The notes below the pieces were generated by a model. That model did no database searches. It was not told where the DNA came from and saw nothing but the letters and a program-made list of their open reading frames with translations. The position numbers and the translations under genes are program-made. From the NCBI RefSeq assembly GCF_009914755.1, contig NC_060932.1: a stretch of 64,000 bases of DNA. The stretch is one strand, 5' to 3'. The DNA comes from the human T2T-CHM13v2.0 reference genome, Homo sapiens. Shown in pieces: positions 61,464 to 64,000 of this stretch (its first letter is position 1; each line of letters opens with the position of its first letter).

Positions 61464-62475
61464 ATGAGGAAAAAGCAGAACAGAAAAACTGAAAATTCTA
61501 AAAATCAGAGCACCTCTCCTCCTCCAAAGGAACGCAGCTCCTCACCAGCAACGGAACAAAGCTGGACAGAGAATGACTTTGATGAGTGGAGAGAAGGCTT
61601 CAGATGAACAATCTTCTCCAAGCTAAAGGAGGAAGTTCAAACCCATCACAAAAAAGTTACAAACTTTGATAAAACATGAGATGAATGGCTAACTAGAATA
61701 ATCAATGTAGAGAAGTCCTTAAATGACCTGATGGAGCTGAAAACCATGGCATGAGAACTACGTGATGAATGCACAAGCTTCAGTACCTGATTCGATCAAC
61801 TGGAAGAAAGGGTATCAGTGATTGAAGATCAAAAGCATGAAATGAAGTGAGAAGAGAAGTTTAGAGAAAAAAGAATAAAAAGAAACGAACAAAGACTCCA
61901 AGAAATATGGGACTAGGTGAAAAGACCAAATCTATGTCTGATTGCTGTACCTGAAAGTGACAGGGGGAATAGAACCAAGTTGGAAAACACTCTTCAGGAT
62001 ATTATCCAGGAGAACTTCCCCAATCTAGCAAGGCAGGCCAACATTCAAATTCAGGAAACACTGAGAACACCACAAAGATACTCCTCGAGAAGAGCAACTC
62101 TAAGACACATAATTGTCAGATTCACCAAAGTTGAAATGATGGAAAAAATATTAAGGGCAACCAGAGAGAAAGGTTGGGTTACCCACAAAGGGAAGCCCAT
62201 CAGACTAACAGCGGATCTCTCGGCAGAAACTCTACAAGCCAGAAGAGAGTGGGGGCCAATATTCAACATTCTTAAAGAAAAGAATTTTCCACCCAGAATT
62301 TCATATCCAGCCAAACTAAGCTTGATAACTGAAGGAGAAATAAAATACTTTACAGACAAGCAAATGCTGAGAGATTTTGTCACCACCAGGCCTGCCCTAA
62401 AAGAGCTCCTGAAGTAAGCACTAAACATGGAAAGGCACAAATTGTACCAGCCACTGGAAAAACATGCCATTGAGC
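61464..62475 (+). pseudogene. L1 ORF1, disrupted
   Basis: Coiled-coil, RRM and CTD sequence (KRPNL, IIQENFPNLARQ, RISYPAKLS) with several in-frame stops. Confidence 0.9.
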
Positions 62476-63244
62476 CTAGGAAGAAACTGCATCAACTAAC
62501 GAGCAAAATAACCAGCTAACATCATAATGACAGGATCAAATTCACACATAACAATATTAACCTTAAATGTAAATGGGCTAATGCTCCAATTAAAACACAC
62601 AGACTGGCAAATTCGATAAAGAGTCAAGACCCATCAGTGTGCTGTATTCAGGAAACCCATCTCACATGCGGAGACACACATAGGCTCAAAATAAAGGGAT
62701 GGAGGAAGATCTACCAAGCAAATGGAAAACAAAAGAAGGCAGGGGTTGCAATCCTAGTCTCAGATAAAACAGACTTTAAACCAACAAAGATCAAAAGACA
62801 CAAAGAAGGCCATTACATAATGGTAAAGGGATCAATTCAACAAGAAGAGCTAACTGTCCTAAATATATATGCACCCAATACAGGAGCACCCAGATTCATA
62901 AGGCAAGTCCTTAGAGACCTACAAAGAGACTTAGACTCCCACACAATAATAATGGGAGACTTTAACACCCCACTGTCAACATTAGACAGATCAACGAGAC
63001 AGAAAGTTAACAAGGATACCCAGGAATTGAACTCAGCTCTGCACCAAGCAGACCTAATAGACATCTACAGAACTCTCCACCCCAAATCAACAGAATATAC
63101 ATTTTTTTCAGCACCACACCACACCTATTCCAAAATTGACCACATACTTGGAAGTAAAGCTCTCCTCAGCAAATGTAAAAGAACAGAAATTATAACAAAC
63201 TGTCTCTCAGACCACAGTGCAATCAAACTAGAACTCAGGATTAA

Positions 63245-64000
<756 letters not shown>

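Overview
This is AT-rich primate (human-like) genomic DNA, well over half of it interspersed repeats. I found no intact protein-coding gene or functional RNA gene. Main contents: (1) a non-autonomous ERV1 provirus with LTR8-type LTRs (4781-12734). It keeps only a gag-MA stub and an env-TM stub, carries a tRNA-Glu-like relic, holds nested THE1 and Alu insertions, and its 3' LTR is cut off by an L1MA. (2) A full-length KRT8 processed pseudogene on the minus strand, inserted into a MER50-like LTR and itself split by a ~1 kb solo LTR. (3) Several L1 fragments of different ages, one with a twin-priming 5' inversion. (4) Six Alus, three THE1 LTRs, a piggyBac MER75 and other MITEs. (5) A near-complete but dead HERV-L (MLT2A1 LTRs, 51870-~58290) whose 3' LTR ends in a ~600 bp patchwork of palindromes, direct copies and a 160 bp inverted copy of neighbouring DNA. 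(6) The 5' half of an L1PA with dead ORF1/ORF2 but an intact antisense ORF0. I see no evidence of a new biological system. The most unusual signals are the rearrangement scar at 58.3-59.6 kb, the tRNA-like cassette inside the ERV, the reused L1 endonuclease site at 30.4-33.9 kb, and the possibly chimeric L1. Repeat family and subfamily names come from my recall of consensus sequences and need RepeatMasker/Dfam confirmation.
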